From Candidatus Bruticola sp. (GTDB taxonomy: Bacteria > Vulcanimicrobiota > Xenobia > Xenobiales > Xenobiaceae), in NCBI GenBank assembly GCA_051874735.1, contig JBJEGD010000026.1, positions 91,452-155,451 on the forward strand: 64,000 nucleotides of DNA. The letters run 5' to 3'. Below the pieces are notes generated by a model. It saw nothing but the letters and a program-made list of their open reading frames with translations. It ran no database searches and was not told the origin of the DNA. Within the stretch, counting starts at the first letter, position 1. Each line of letters starts with the position of its first letter. Below are positions 36,532 to 45,678 of this stretch, piece by piece. Made by a program: the position numbers and the translations under genes.

Positions 36532-36660
36532 GATATAAATTATGGCGTCAGCATGCTTCTCTAGTGCGATGGAACGATAAATATGGAGGAATAGCGGAGA
36601 AAATATAAAAAAGCGCCGTAGCTTTTTTTCTTTATTTTTTATTAAATTCGGAGTATTTTC

Positions 36661-37500
36661 ATGTGCAGAGCGCAGCGTACTTTGGCGAAAGAAGTTTCCT
36701 TCGAAGGAGTAGGGATTCATACTGGGAGAGCGAGTCACCTAACTATTAAGCCGGCTCCTGTCGATCACGGTCTCGTTTTTCTTAGTTCTGGAGAGTATAT
36801 CCCTGCTACCTATGAGTACGTTATTTCTACAAAGCGCTCTACAACGATTGGTAAGGGACAGGTCGCGGTAAATACTATCGAGCATTTAATGGCCGCTTTT
36901 GGAGGTCTTTCTGTGGATAATGCTCTTATAGAGATAGAAGGGCCGGAAGTTCCTATTTTAGACGGTTCTGCTTTGCCTTTTTGTCAGGCTATGGAAGAAG
37001 CAGGTATAGTTAATATCAAAGGCAGTGAAGTAGAAGATTATTATCTGAGCGAGCCCATTTTTGCTGCAGAAGGGGACAGTTTAGTTTTGGCTATGCCCGA
37101 TTCCCAATATAATCTTGAAGGAGCTGTCAGCTACAACAGTCCTCAAGTAGGTATTCAGCGATATCGTTACTGCGGATATGACAACTTTGTGACTCATATA
37201 GCTCCTGCTCGTACTTTTGGTTTTTGGTCTGAGGTAAAAACTCTCTTAGAAAACGGATTAGGGCAAGGTGGCGATCTGTCTAATGCTTTAATTTATGATC
37301 GTCCTGGTTTTAATGCTGCAGAAAATCAGCGTTTTGTCAATGAACCGGTGCGTCACAAAATTTTAGATTTAGCTGGTGATATTTGTCTGTTAGGTCGTCC
37401 GCTGTGTGCTTTTGTTTTGGCCGTTCGGGCTGGTCATAAATTGCATGTAGAATTCGTTCGCAAAATCGCTGAGGAGATGAAAAAAAATGCTGAATACTAA
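36661..37500 (+). CDS. lpxC: UDP-3-O-acyl-N-acetylglucosamine deacetylase.
   Basis: N-terminal QRTL…GVGIHTG and a C-terminal HKxLD…G motif. Size 279 aa. Confidence 0.9.
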   Translation: MCRAQRTLAKEVSFEGVGIHTGRASHLTIKPAPVDHGLVFLSSGEYIPATYEYVISTKRSTTIGKGQVAVNTIEHLMAAFGGLSVDNALIEIEGPEVPILDGSALPFCQAMEEAGIVNIKGSEVEDYYLSEPIFAAEGDSLVLAMPDSQYNLEGAVSYNSPQVGIQRYRYCGYDNFVTHIAPARTFGFWSEVKTLLENGLGQGGDLSNALIYDRPGFNAAENQRFVNEPVRHKILDLAGDICLLGRPLCAFVLAVRAGHKLHVEFVRKIAEEMKKNAEY

Positions 37501-37912
37501 AGATATATTGCACAGGATTAATTACAAAAGTCCTCTTTTTTTTGTTGATATTGTTAACGAGTTAGAGTTTCCTAAAATCTCTGGTTATAAAAATGTGACT
37601 ATGAGCGAGCCCCATTTCGCTGGACATTTCCCAGGCAAACCCATTATGCCTGGAGTACTACAAATGGAAGCTTTGGTACAGATTTGCCGACTTCTCTATA
37701 TAGGGAATGAAGAGGCTCCTATTAAAGTAAAAGAGCTCGATTTAGTTGGAGTTAAAAAATTTAAGTTTAGAACTCCTGTTGTTCCAGGAGATCGCCTCGA
37801 TCTTTATGCTGAAGAAATTGAGCGTAACAACGAAAATATAGTGCTATCTGTTAAAGCTTGCGTTGGAGATAATGTCGCTTGTGAAGGAATACTTTCTTTC
37901 AGTTGGCAATAA
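37487..37912 (+). CDS. fabZ: 3-hydroxyacyl-ACP dehydratase FabZ.
   Basis: Hot-dog fold motifs HFAGHFPGKPIMPGVL. Overlaps the lpxC stop by 14 nt. Confidence 0.9.
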   Translation: MLNTKDILHRINYKSPLFFVDIVNELEFPKISGYKNVTMSEPHFAGHFPGKPIMPGVLQMEALVQICRLLYIGNEEAPIKVKELDLVGVKKFKFRTPVVPGDRLDLYAEEIERNNENIVLSVKACVGDNVACEGILSFSWQ

Positions 37913-38028
37913 AAGGCGAACGCACGACCGTTTGCGGCTAGCTGTAGGAAATTTGCCATATACAGACGAAATTATAAACCGTTTTGTGTTCGCTTTTGCA
38001 TAGAGACAAAAATTGGAGGATAAGCATT

Positions 38029-38967
38029 ATGAAGCCGATTAAAGTTGGCGTGGTCGGCATTGGTAGTATGGGGAAAAACCATGCTCGAGTGTGCGCCGAA
38101 CTACCTCAAATTGAACTTACAGGCATGGTGGATCTCGATGAAGCCAGAGTCGCCCCTTTAGCTCAGCAGTACGGCACACAGTATTATAAAGATTATAAGA
38201 GTCTCTATGGCAAAATCGACGCTGTAGTTATTGTTGCACCTACACCGCTTCACTATCAAATCGCTCAAGATTTTTTGGAACAGGGCGTTCATGTCTTGGT
38301 AGAAAAGCCCATTACTGTAGAGGTAAGCGAGGCTAAACGGTTAGTGACTTCCGCTAAGGAAAAAAATCTTGTTCTGCAGGTAGGTCATTTGGAGCGTTTC
38401 AATCCAGCCGTAATAAAGCTTAAGCAGATGGTGAGCAAACCTGTGTTAATAGAATGCCACCGCCTTTCTGGGCCTACTACTCGCAGTCTCGATGTCGGTA
38501 TTATTTGGGATTTAATGATCCACGATTTTGATATACTTCTCAGTTTATATAAATCTCCAGTAGCCGAAATCCATGCTATGGGGACTTCTATCTATTCTAA
38601 ATTTGAAGATGTAGCTCACGTGCAAATGCGGTTTGAATGTGGGGCTGTAGCCAGTTTGGTAGCTAGTCGCAATTCCGGAGAAAGGAAGCGCAGTCTCAAA
38701 ATTACTGAAGATACCGGACGAGTTTTGTCTCTCGATTTTATTAACCAAACTTTAGTTATTTCTCGTCCTGGCCCCGATGGGCGTCCCCTAGATTTGGAGC
38801 CAGTTCACATCGAGAAAGAGGAACCTCTACGTTTGGAACTCAGCAATTTTGCAGATTGTGTGATTAATCACAAGGAACCTGTTGTATCCGGTGAGGATGG
38901 CAAGCGAGCTTTGGAATTAGCTGTTCACGTTTTGGAGAATATGCAAAAAATTACGCTTTCTAAGTAA
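38029..38967 (+). CDS. Gfo/Idh/MocA-family NAD(P)-dependent oxidoreductase. GnnA-like position between fabZ and lpxA.
   Basis: MKPIKVGVVGIGSMGKNHA Rossmann N-terminus and a C-terminal Gfo/Idh/MocA domain. Start set at the ATG after GGAGG. Confidence 0.75.
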   Translation: MKPIKVGVVGIGSMGKNHARVCAELPQIELTGMVDLDEARVAPLAQQYGTQYYKDYKSLYGKIDAVVIVAPTPLHYQIAQDFLEQGVHVLVEKPITVEVSEAKRLVTSAKEKNLVLQVGHLERFNPAVIKLKQMVSKPVLIECHRLSGPTTRSLDVGIIWDLMIHDFDILLSLYKSPVAEIHAMGTSIYSKFEDVAHVQMRFECGAVASLVASRNSGERKRSLKITEDTGRVLSLDFINQTLVISRPGPDGRPLDLEPVHIEKEEPLRLELSNFADCVINHKEPVVSGEDGKRALELAVHVLENMQKITLSK

Positions 38968-39017
38968 AGCAGCAATAAAAATTTTTCCGCTTAAAGTACA
39001 GAGAGGAGAGCCAAGAG

Positions 39018-39827
39018 GTGATTCATTCCAGCGCTATAGTACATCCCGGGGCACGCATCGGTGAGGGAGTAGAAATCGGACCTTTTTCTATTATCGGAGA
39101 AAATGTAGAAATTGGAGACGGAACTAAAATTATGTCTTCTGTCGTCATAGATGGATGGACAACTATAGGCAAAAATAACAAAATTTATCCGGGTGTATCT
39201 ATTGGTCTGGCACCTCAGGATTTCAGTTATAAAGGGCAGCGTTCATTTGTAACTATTGGTGATAATAATGAGTTCCGTGAATATGTGACTATTCATAGGG
39301 CTGCCGATGAAGATGGTATTACTTCTGTGGGTAGCGGCAATCTGCTTATGGCGAATGTACACATCGCTCATAACTGCCATATTGGTAGTCAAATTACTAT
39401 GGCTAATTATGCTGGTTTGGCTGGTCATACTGTAGTAGAAGATCAGGCGGTATTAGGTGGGCTTGTAGGTATCCATCAGCACACCCGCATCGGTCGTTTG
39501 TGTATGGTAGGCGGATGCTCCAAGATAAATAAAGATTTGCCGCCCTTCAGTATTGTCGATGGTAATCCTTGTCGTCTCTTTGGTATGAATTTCCGAGGCA
39601 TGCGGCGCCGTGACATTTCTAAGGAAAGTCGTTTAGCTGTTCATAAAGCTATCAATATTTTGGGCAGTTGTGGACTGACCTTAGACGCCGCTATAGAACG
39701 CATAGACAGTGAGTTGGAGCATACCCCTGAAATTGAACATTTCCTGACTTTCCTGCGCGGTGATTCTCATATGGGAGTTCTCAATAAAGCCGGCAACGTA
39801 GGGGCGAGAGCTCACAGTAACGCTTAA
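39018..39827 (+). CDS. lpxA: Acyl-ACP–UDP-GlcNAc (or GlcNAc3N) O-acyltransferase LpxA.
   Basis: Hexapeptide-repeat N-terminus SSAIVHPGARIGEGVEIGPFSIIG and the typical C-terminal helical domain. Confidence 0.9.
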   Translation: MIHSSAIVHPGARIGEGVEIGPFSIIGENVEIGDGTKIMSSVVIDGWTTIGKNNKIYPGVSIGLAPQDFSYKGQRSFVTIGDNNEFREYVTIHRAADEDGITSVGSGNLLMANVHIAHNCHIGSQITMANYAGLAGHTVVEDQAVLGGLVGIHQHTRIGRLCMVGGCSKINKDLPPFSIVDGNPCRLFGMNFRGMRRRDISKESRLAVHKAINILGSCGLTLDAAIERIDSELEHTPEIEHFLTFLRGDSHMGVLNKAGNVGARAHSNA

Positions 39828-39838
39828 TTGGTGCAGCT

Positions 39839-42286
39839 TTGACTGAAAATAGTCAGCAACAATCATCTGCTTATCCTCAGTTGACGGTTGCGATAATCGC
39901 CATAGAGCCTTCTGCCGATCTTCATGGAAGCAATTTGGCTAGGGCTCTTTTGGCGATTAATCCGCATCTAAAACTGGTCGGCGTAGGCGGATCGCATATG
40001 GCCGCGTCGGGAGTCAGTCTGTGGTTAAGGACCACAGACATGGCAGTTATTGGTCCCGGCGGGGCTATTGCTCGTTTGCCTAAATATATATGTTACTATT
40101 TGTACGTGCGCAGGCATTTGCTTAAGGAACATCCTCACCTCAGCATTTTAATAGACTGCCCCGCCGTTAACATGCGTTATGCTGGTCTTTTGACTCGCTA
40201 TGGCTATCATTCTGTTTATTACTTTCCCCCTTCTGCCTGGACAACCAGCGAAGTGCGTCTTAGACAGATTTTTAGCCGCACAGATAGGGTAATTTGTACC
40301 TTCTTGAGCAATGCCGAAAATTATCGCCGTCTGGGTATGGATGTAGATTTCTTCGGCCATCCTCTTATCGATATGCCCGAGTTAGGAATTTCTGCAGAAG
40401 AAGCTAAAAACAAGTTGGGGCTGGTAGGCGAAAATATTTTGGCTTTACTTCCGGGCAGTCGTGCTTCAGAAATAAAGTATCTATTGCCGATTTTTTTAGA
40501 AATAGTTGCTAAGTTGCATCAAGAAATAGAAAATTTGCAGGTACTTGTACCTTGTGCAACTCAGGCGCTTCGCAGGCAAATAGTTGCCTATATGGGGGAT
40601 AGGTTCCCTTATGTGCGTGTTTTAAATGGGCAGTCTCGTTTAGCCCTTTTAGCTTGTCGAGCAGCGTTGATGAGCTCTGGCACAGCTAGCCTGGAAGCTG
40701 CGATATTAGGCGCCCCAATGGTTCTGTCTTATAAACTTTGTCCCTTCGATGCTGTTATAGGTAAGTTCCTGATTTGGAGTGGTTTATTAAAAATTGAGCA
40801 TATCGGGTTGCCCAGTTTGGTCGCTGGACATCGCATTGTTCCAGAGTTTGTTCAAGATGAAGTTTCACCTGAAAATATTATCCCTCATTTGCGCAATTTT
40901 ATGCGAGATACTCCTGAGCGGTGCCAAATAAAACAAGATCTTTTAGATATGAGGAAGTCCATGGGCGCTCCTGGAGTAATTACCAAGATAGCCTCTTCTT
41001 TATATAGTCGCATTGAGAGCAGTGCTGCTGAAAGGATGGCTGAACCTTTCGACATTGTTATAACATCTAATTCTCCTGGAGAGGTGTCCACGTGGGTGCG
41101 ACGCACTGTTGCTCAGTTGGAGGTTAAAAACAAAGGGCAGTTTAGAGTTATAGTAGCGTTAGTTCCATGTCCTTATGCTTCCGGAGCTGAAGCTGAAGTC
41201 GCCGCTTCTCTGCCAGGCGTTTCCATTGTTCTGACGCCTAGTCAGACTGTGCGTTTAATGTGCGGCATGTTCAACGATTTTGAGCTGCGTAAAAAGGGAG
41301 TAGTAGTATTTTTAGGCGGTGATCTTATTCACGCTAAAATTTTGGCTTGGCGTTTAAAATATCGCTCTATAGCCTATGCAGCTAGATACAACAGGCTAAT
41401 CTACTATTTTGATAAAGTCGCTGCTTCAGATATTTCACTGGCCTCTGAATTATTAGAAGCTGGAGTTAATGAAGTTGTTAATATAGGTAATTTAAGTATT
41501 GATGGGGTTATTTCTGAAGTTGATAGGGAAGCAGCTGATAAAGTATCCCGTAGAACTGGCTTGAAGATTGGCATTTTCCCAGGATCGCGTTTTCTGCATA
41601 CTAAGATCGCTCTAGGAGTGTTTTTGCGTGTAGCTGCTCTAATAAAAACGCGTCACCCTGAGGTTGAATTTGTCCTTTCTGTATCGCCTTTTCTTTCCCC
41701 AGCTCGGCTGGAATCGGCACTTTGTAATCCTTTTAGTTTGGGGCTTCCGGTAGCTAAGGGTAAATTGCTCAGTGCTGATCGCATTGCAGTTGAGTGTATG
41801 TATGAAGATGAACAGGCTGCAGGACGCAGTTTTGAAGTTGAAGTTTTGTGGGGCCATCCTTATCAAGCTATTGCAGAAATAGATATGGCACTTACCATTC
41901 CGGGAACGAATACTGGAGAGTTGGGGTGTTGCGGCAAACCTATGGTAGTAGGACTTTCTGCTGATGCTTCCCTGCCCAGAGGAGGTTTGGGCGGCTTATT
42001 TGAAAGGATGCCAGTTTTATCAAAACTTAAGAGTTATTTGCGCTTGCGTTCTTATGCGCGTCACGGTTTCGCTGCGATCCCTAACCGTATTGCTTCTAGA
42101 GCTATCGTTCCTGAAGTTTTAGTAAAAAAAGATACGTCTGTGCTGGCCCAGCCTATTTTAGAGTGGATTGAAACTCCTGAGAAGTACGCCCGTGTTTCCC
42201 AAGATTTAAAAGACACTATGAGAACGACAGAGGGAGCGGGCAAGCGCATGGCTGAGTTGATCCTGGGTTTGGTTGATTCTAAATAA
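39839..42286 (+). CDS. lpxB: Lipid-A-disaccharide synthase fused in tandem to a second GT19 (LpxB-like) domain (815 aa).
   Basis: Residues 1 to about 390 carry the LpxB motifs LLPGSR and SSGTASLEAAILGAPMVLSY. Residues about 400–815 repeat them as IFPGSR and IPGTNTGELGCCGKPMVVGL. Confidence 0.8.
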   Translation: MTENSQQQSSAYPQLTVAIIAIEPSADLHGSNLARALLAINPHLKLVGVGGSHMAASGVSLWLRTTDMAVIGPGGAIARLPKYICYYLYVRRHLLKEHPHLSILIDCPAVNMRYAGLLTRYGYHSVYYFPPSAWTTSEVRLRQIFSRTDRVICTFLSNAENYRRLGMDVDFFGHPLIDMPELGISAEEAKNKLGLVGENILALLPGSRASEIKYLLPIFLEIVAKLHQEIENLQVLVPCATQALRRQIVAYMGDRFPYVRVLNGQSRLALLACRAALMSSGTASLEAAILGAPMVLSYKLCPFDAVIGKFLIWSGLLKIEHIGLPSLVAGHRIVPEFVQDEVSPENIIPHLRNFMRDTPERCQIKQDLLDMRKSMGAPGVITKIASSLYSRIESSAAERMAEPFDIVITSNSPGEVSTWVRRTVAQLEVKNKGQFRVIVALVPCPYASGAEAEVAASLPGVSIVLTPSQTVRLMCGMFNDFELRKKGVVVFLGGDLIHAKILAWRLKYRSIAYAARYNRLIYYFDKVAASDISLASELLEAGVNEVVNIGNLSIDGVISEVDREAADKVSRRTGLKIGIFPGSRFLHTKIALGVFLRVAALIKTRHPEVEFVLSVSPFLSPARLESALCNPFSLGLPVAKGKLLSADRIAVECMYEDEQAAGRSFEVEVLWGHPYQAIAEIDMALTIPGTNTGELGCCGKPMVVGLSADASLPRGGLGGLFERMPVLSKLKSYLRLRSYARHGFAAIPNRIASRAIVPEVLVKKDTSVLAQPILEWIETPEKYARVSQDLKDTMRTTEGAGKRMAELILGLVDSK

Positions 42287-42356
42287 TATGAAAATTCCTA
42301 ATGAAAATTGCCAAAATATTGCTACTCCTTTTATTTTCAAGTGGCGAGGCTTGATT

Positions 42357-42941
42357 ATGGCAGTAGTGACGGCTATCATACTGGCTGCTGCCAAGCCAAC
42401 TTTAGTTACCTGCTGCTGGGGAATTGGCTTTGTACTTTTAGGAGAGCTGTTGCGTTCATGGGCTTTGGGCTGGACTGGAGAACATACACGTAGTCAGGAA
42501 TTAATGGCGTCTTTTTTAGTTACTGGCGGTCCTTATAAATACATACGCAATCCACTGTACTTAGGCAATATTTTAAACGGATTTGGGGTTATGGTTGCTG
42601 CTTCTGGAGCTATGTCGTATTTGGGAACGGCTGCTTTGTGGGCTTTTGGTCTTCTATCTCTTTATATGGTTTATGCTTCATGTATAATCGCTGAAGAAGC
42701 TTTCTTGGCTATGCGTTTTGGTGATCTCTTCTTCCGCTACAGAGCAGTTACGCCGACCATTGTACCGCGTTGGGGAGATTATCTCGATTTTATAAGCAGT
42801 TTTTTCAATTTCTCTTCCTGTACAGATGTTCAATATGAAGGGAGAGGCTTCTTCTCTTGGCAATCTTTAAAATTTGAATATAGTACTTGGGGATGGATAA
42901 TTGCTGTTTGGTCTTGTTTATTTATAAAAGCTTTCATGTAA
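42357..42941 (+). CDS. ICMT/PEMT-family membrane methyltransferase-like protein (LmtA-like candidate).
   Basis: Multi-transmembrane protein with an RNPLYLG motif of the isoprenylcysteine carboxyl methyltransferase family. Start chosen at the ATG 7 nt after GAGG. The track start at 42273 overlaps lpxB. Confidence 0.5.
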   Translation: MAVVTAIILAAAKPTLVTCCWGIGFVLLGELLRSWALGWTGEHTRSQELMASFLVTGGPYKYIRNPLYLGNILNGFGVMVAASGAMSYLGTAALWAFGLLSLYMVYASCIIAEEAFLAMRFGDLFFRYRAVTPTIVPRWGDYLDFISSFFNFSSCTDVQYEGRGFFSWQSLKFEYSTWGWIIAVWSCLFIKAFM

Positions 42942-42943
42942 AA

Positions 42944-42984
42944 ACATTTAGTGCTTATCCCCTGCCTTAGGCTGGGATAAGCAC
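42944..42984 (-). terminator. Hairpin terminator for the convergent minus-strand operon.
   Basis: 11-bp stem GTGCTTATCCC/GGGATAAGCAC followed by AAATGTTTTT on the minus strand. Confidence 0.45.
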
Positions 42985-43026
42985 TTGACCAGGCTATGTT
43001 ATATGCTGCTATTCTCTAGTTAATAG

Positions 43027-44232
43027 TTAAGGCCGCATGGAAATCTCGGTTAAAATTTGAGCCATGCGGGCTGCTCCTCCGGGAGGGCCTAGTCTCTCTT
43101 GGCCGATAGATCCGCGCCGTTGCCGATCAGCTTTGTCTTGCATTAGGCGACATAGAGTTTCGATTATATCGGGATCGTAATCTTCACAAACAATAAGAGC
43201 CTCACCGAGCAGCCCCTTTTGTCTGGCCCTATACCACTTTAAACGAGTCTCTCCGCCTGGTTCATAAGCAACAACAGGAATACCGTGACCAGCCGCTTGT
43301 TCATGTGCTGTGCCCGCCAATCCTAGAGCGACTTGACTGTATTTTAGTACATCAGCTAGATGGCCTTTGATAAGAAAGAACTGAACTTGATACTCCGCCT
43401 TGTTGTCTGCAAGTTTAAGTTCGCTCCAACCCGGATAAGGTGCTTCGTTCATAACAAAACCCGGACAGGCCTGTGCTAACTTTGAGGTATCAATAGATGG
43501 AGCTACGGCAATAAAGGCACAAATTTTCTTATTTAAGCGTTGAGACAGCTGGCAACTTATTTCTAAAAGGCGAGGCAGTACCCTGTAAGTAGCTTGTCTG
43601 CTGCCGGGAAAGAGAGCTAGGCCTATTTCTTTGCTGCTGTCTAGACTGAAGTCCAGTTCTTGAGGAACCAAACCATCCATCATAGCATTACCTACCCAGA
43701 TAGCTTTAACTCCTTTTTGACGCAGACTGGCAGCTGTAGGTTCATCTCGGACAATAGAGCGAACTTTGAAAGTTCTCAGAACCCAAGCTTCTAGAGCTGA
43801 GTAAGGATGATGATAGTCAGATTTAGCCGTGCCAATGAAGGTTATTGGGCGTATACCAGATAGGGCAGCTAGAATAACTGGCCAAAGATCGCCGACAGCG
43901 GCAATGTGATTGAAACGGTGACGATTTGAGCGCAGCCAAAACAGCTGTTTTAAAGTTAAATAGGCTAAGCCGCCGCCAAGATCTTTCCAAAAATTACGCC
44001 AATCTTCTTGAATAAGGCCGCCGCTGGGCATGTCGCTGACAGGGCCGTTTATGGGAGCTATTCCTTTGTACGCTGAGCCTTCTCCAACCAAAGGTAAAGC
44101 TTCTATATCGATTGATTTAGGCAGCTCCTTAATTATCTGGGCAGCTATGGAATCTTCACCGGCTCCGTTAGATACAAGTAAAAGGCGTTGAGGGGCGGGC
44201 ATAATCTCTCCTTTTAAGTTTTTTAGCAGCAA
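43027..44232 (-). CDS. GT19-family lipid-A-disaccharide-synthase-related glycosyltransferase (third LpxB-like domain in the window).
   Basis: LALFPGSR motif and ALGLAGTAHEQAAGHGIPVVAY, equivalent to the LpxB ASGTA…PMVV block. Confidence 0.6.
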   Translation of the reverse strand: MLLKNLKGEIMPAPQRLLLVSNGAGEDSIAAQIIKELPKSIDIEALPLVGEGSAYKGIAPINGPVSDMPSGGLIQEDWRNFWKDLGGGLAYLTLKQLFWLRSNRHRFNHIAAVGDLWPVILAALSGIRPITFIGTAKSDYHHPYSALEAWVLRTFKVRSIVRDEPTAASLRQKGVKAIWVGNAMMDGLVPQELDFSLDSSKEIGLALFPGSRQATYRVLPRLLEISCQLSQRLNKKICAFIAVAPSIDTSKLAQACPGFVMNEAPYPGWSELKLADNKAEYQVQFFLIKGHLADVLKYSQVALGLAGTAHEQAAGHGIPVVAYEPGGETRLKWYRARQKGLLGEALIVCEDYDPDIIETLCRLMQDKADRQRRGSIGQERLGPPGGAARMAQILTEISMRP

Positions 44233-44234
44233 AT

Positions 44235-45080
44235 TTAAGCTAAACTTATCAACTTACAGTGACTTAGCTGTGGATTATCCATATTGTATTCAATTTCATT
44301 TATATGTTTGGCGAATGCACCAGTTTGTACAATAAAAGAACCATTAACTTGACAAGGTGAGTCCAGTTGGGTATGGGTATGGCCTCCTAAAATCCAGGTG
44401 CCTGGCGGCGTATTAACCGCCAATTGCTGATCTCGGTCAAAACCTATGTGACTGATGATAACTAAATTAGTTCTTAGACCTAATTTAGCTGAGCAGCGAT
44501 CAGCTATCTGAGGCAAAGTTGTCTCTGCTTTGAAAAAACGAAAACCAAATATTTTTTCCCATATGGCATTATGAGGGTATTGCACCGGCATGGCTGATAA
44601 AATCAGCAAGGCACAATTTGAGCTCCAAGAGCTGTTAAAAAGCGCCAGACCGGGAATCCAGCGCTCTGAGGATAGTTCTTGCCAGGCCGAGGAGTTACGC
44701 CAGTTAGCAGAACTGCAGTCTATTATTGGTATATCTTGAATTTGCTCGACAAATTCGCGCTGAGTTAAATGACCACTAAGACGTATATCAGACAAATTAG
44801 TACAGATAAGCGGAAAAGAACGCTGTCTAGCTCTTTTGTCTAGAATACGCCTTTGATAATTGAACTCTCGATTGCCCATAGCCATGGCTGCGCAGCCGAC
44901 AGAACTCATTTTATCTAAGTTTGGTTCAAAGTTTTTCCATACTGTGTTAGAACCGATTAGAGCGTCGCCGCTGTCAAAATAAAGGGCTTGACCTGCGGCT
45001 ATAGAGGCCTGGGCCTGGCTTTTGAGCCAAGCCAAAGCCTCGCTGCGTCCGTGCATATCGTTGGTATGATAAATAATCAT
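44235..45080 (-). CDS. Calcineurin-like metallophosphoesterase. Candidate UDP-2,3-diacylglucosamine hydrolase analog.
   Basis: Metallophosphoesterase motifs DMHG, DSGD, GNREF and GGHTH. Positioned between lpxD and the LpxB-like gene. Confidence 0.6.
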   Translation of the reverse strand: MIIYHTNDMHGRSEALAWLKSQAQASIAAGQALYFDSGDALIGSNTVWKNFEPNLDKMSSVGCAAMAMGNREFNYQRRILDKRARQRSFPLICTNLSDIRLSGHLTQREFVEQIQDIPIIDCSSANWRNSSAWQELSSERWIPGLALFNSSWSSNCALLILSAMPVQYPHNAIWEKIFGFRFFKAETTLPQIADRCSAKLGLRTNLVIISHIGFDRDQQLAVNTPPGTWILGGHTHTQLDSPCQVNGSFIVQTGAFAKHINEIEYNMDNPQLSHCKLISLA

Positions 45081-45105
45081 GCAACTTAGAGATGACTTAT
45101 AACAA

Positions 45106-45678
45106 TCAATTTTTGCTTCGCTGGGAAACTTTTGAGCTTCTTTCCTGAGCTACTTCGGTATAGACTTGACGGTAGCGATCTATTCCTATATATCTACAAA
45201 TTACTATACCGTAACCTATTATCCAACCGACTCCAGCTAGAGAAGCACCACCCAAACATACCCCTAATATTAAACCAATGCATCCGAAAATTAAACTGTT
45301 TAGCATAGGCTTAGAATCTAGTGATATTGAGTAACCTAAAGAAAGCCCAATAATAGCTCCCACTAGTCCGTAGTAACTACCTTTGCCTATATCTGCAGCC
45401 GTGGTTGCAATAGCCAAACTCGCTTTAGCTGCCTGCACAAGTGAATATTCAGACTGGCCAGCATCGATAATGGAGTTCGCTCCCCACAAGAATCCCATCA
45501 TCAGTCCCATGCCGGCGAAGCAGAGGCAGTACAAAGTCCTCTGTTGTTTGGTAAGAAAAGTTACAGACTGTTCTGTATTACTAGTCTTATTCGCGGTAGA
45601 CGATGAATTTTTTTTATCTTGCTTAGCGTTTTTCTTTTCTTTTTTTTTGCTGTCTTTGAGAGACGCCGGATCACTCAT
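45106..45678 (-). CDS. Membrane protein with a Lys-rich N-terminus and glycine-zipper transmembrane helices.
   Basis: Hydrophobic GxxxG-rich C-terminal half. In an operon with lpxD, with an 8-nt overlap. Confidence 0.45.
   Translation of the reverse strand: MSDPASLKDSKKKEKKNAKQDKKNSSSTANKTSNTEQSVTFLTKQQRTLYCLCFAGMGLMMGFLWGANSIIDAGQSEYSLVQAAKASLAIATTAADIGKGSYYGLVGAIIGLSLGYSISLDSKPMLNSLIFGCIGLILGVCLGGASLAGVGWIIGYGIVICRYIGIDRYRQVYTEVAQERSSKVSQRSKN

Noticed and set aside
42273-42356. Track start (TTG at 42273) for the ICMT-like gene, overlapping lpxB by 14 nt.
   Set aside because: The downstream ATG at 42357 has a GAGG RBS at ideal spacing and gives a protein of typical ICMT-family length. The longer N-terminus is probably not translated, and the finding notes this uncertainty.
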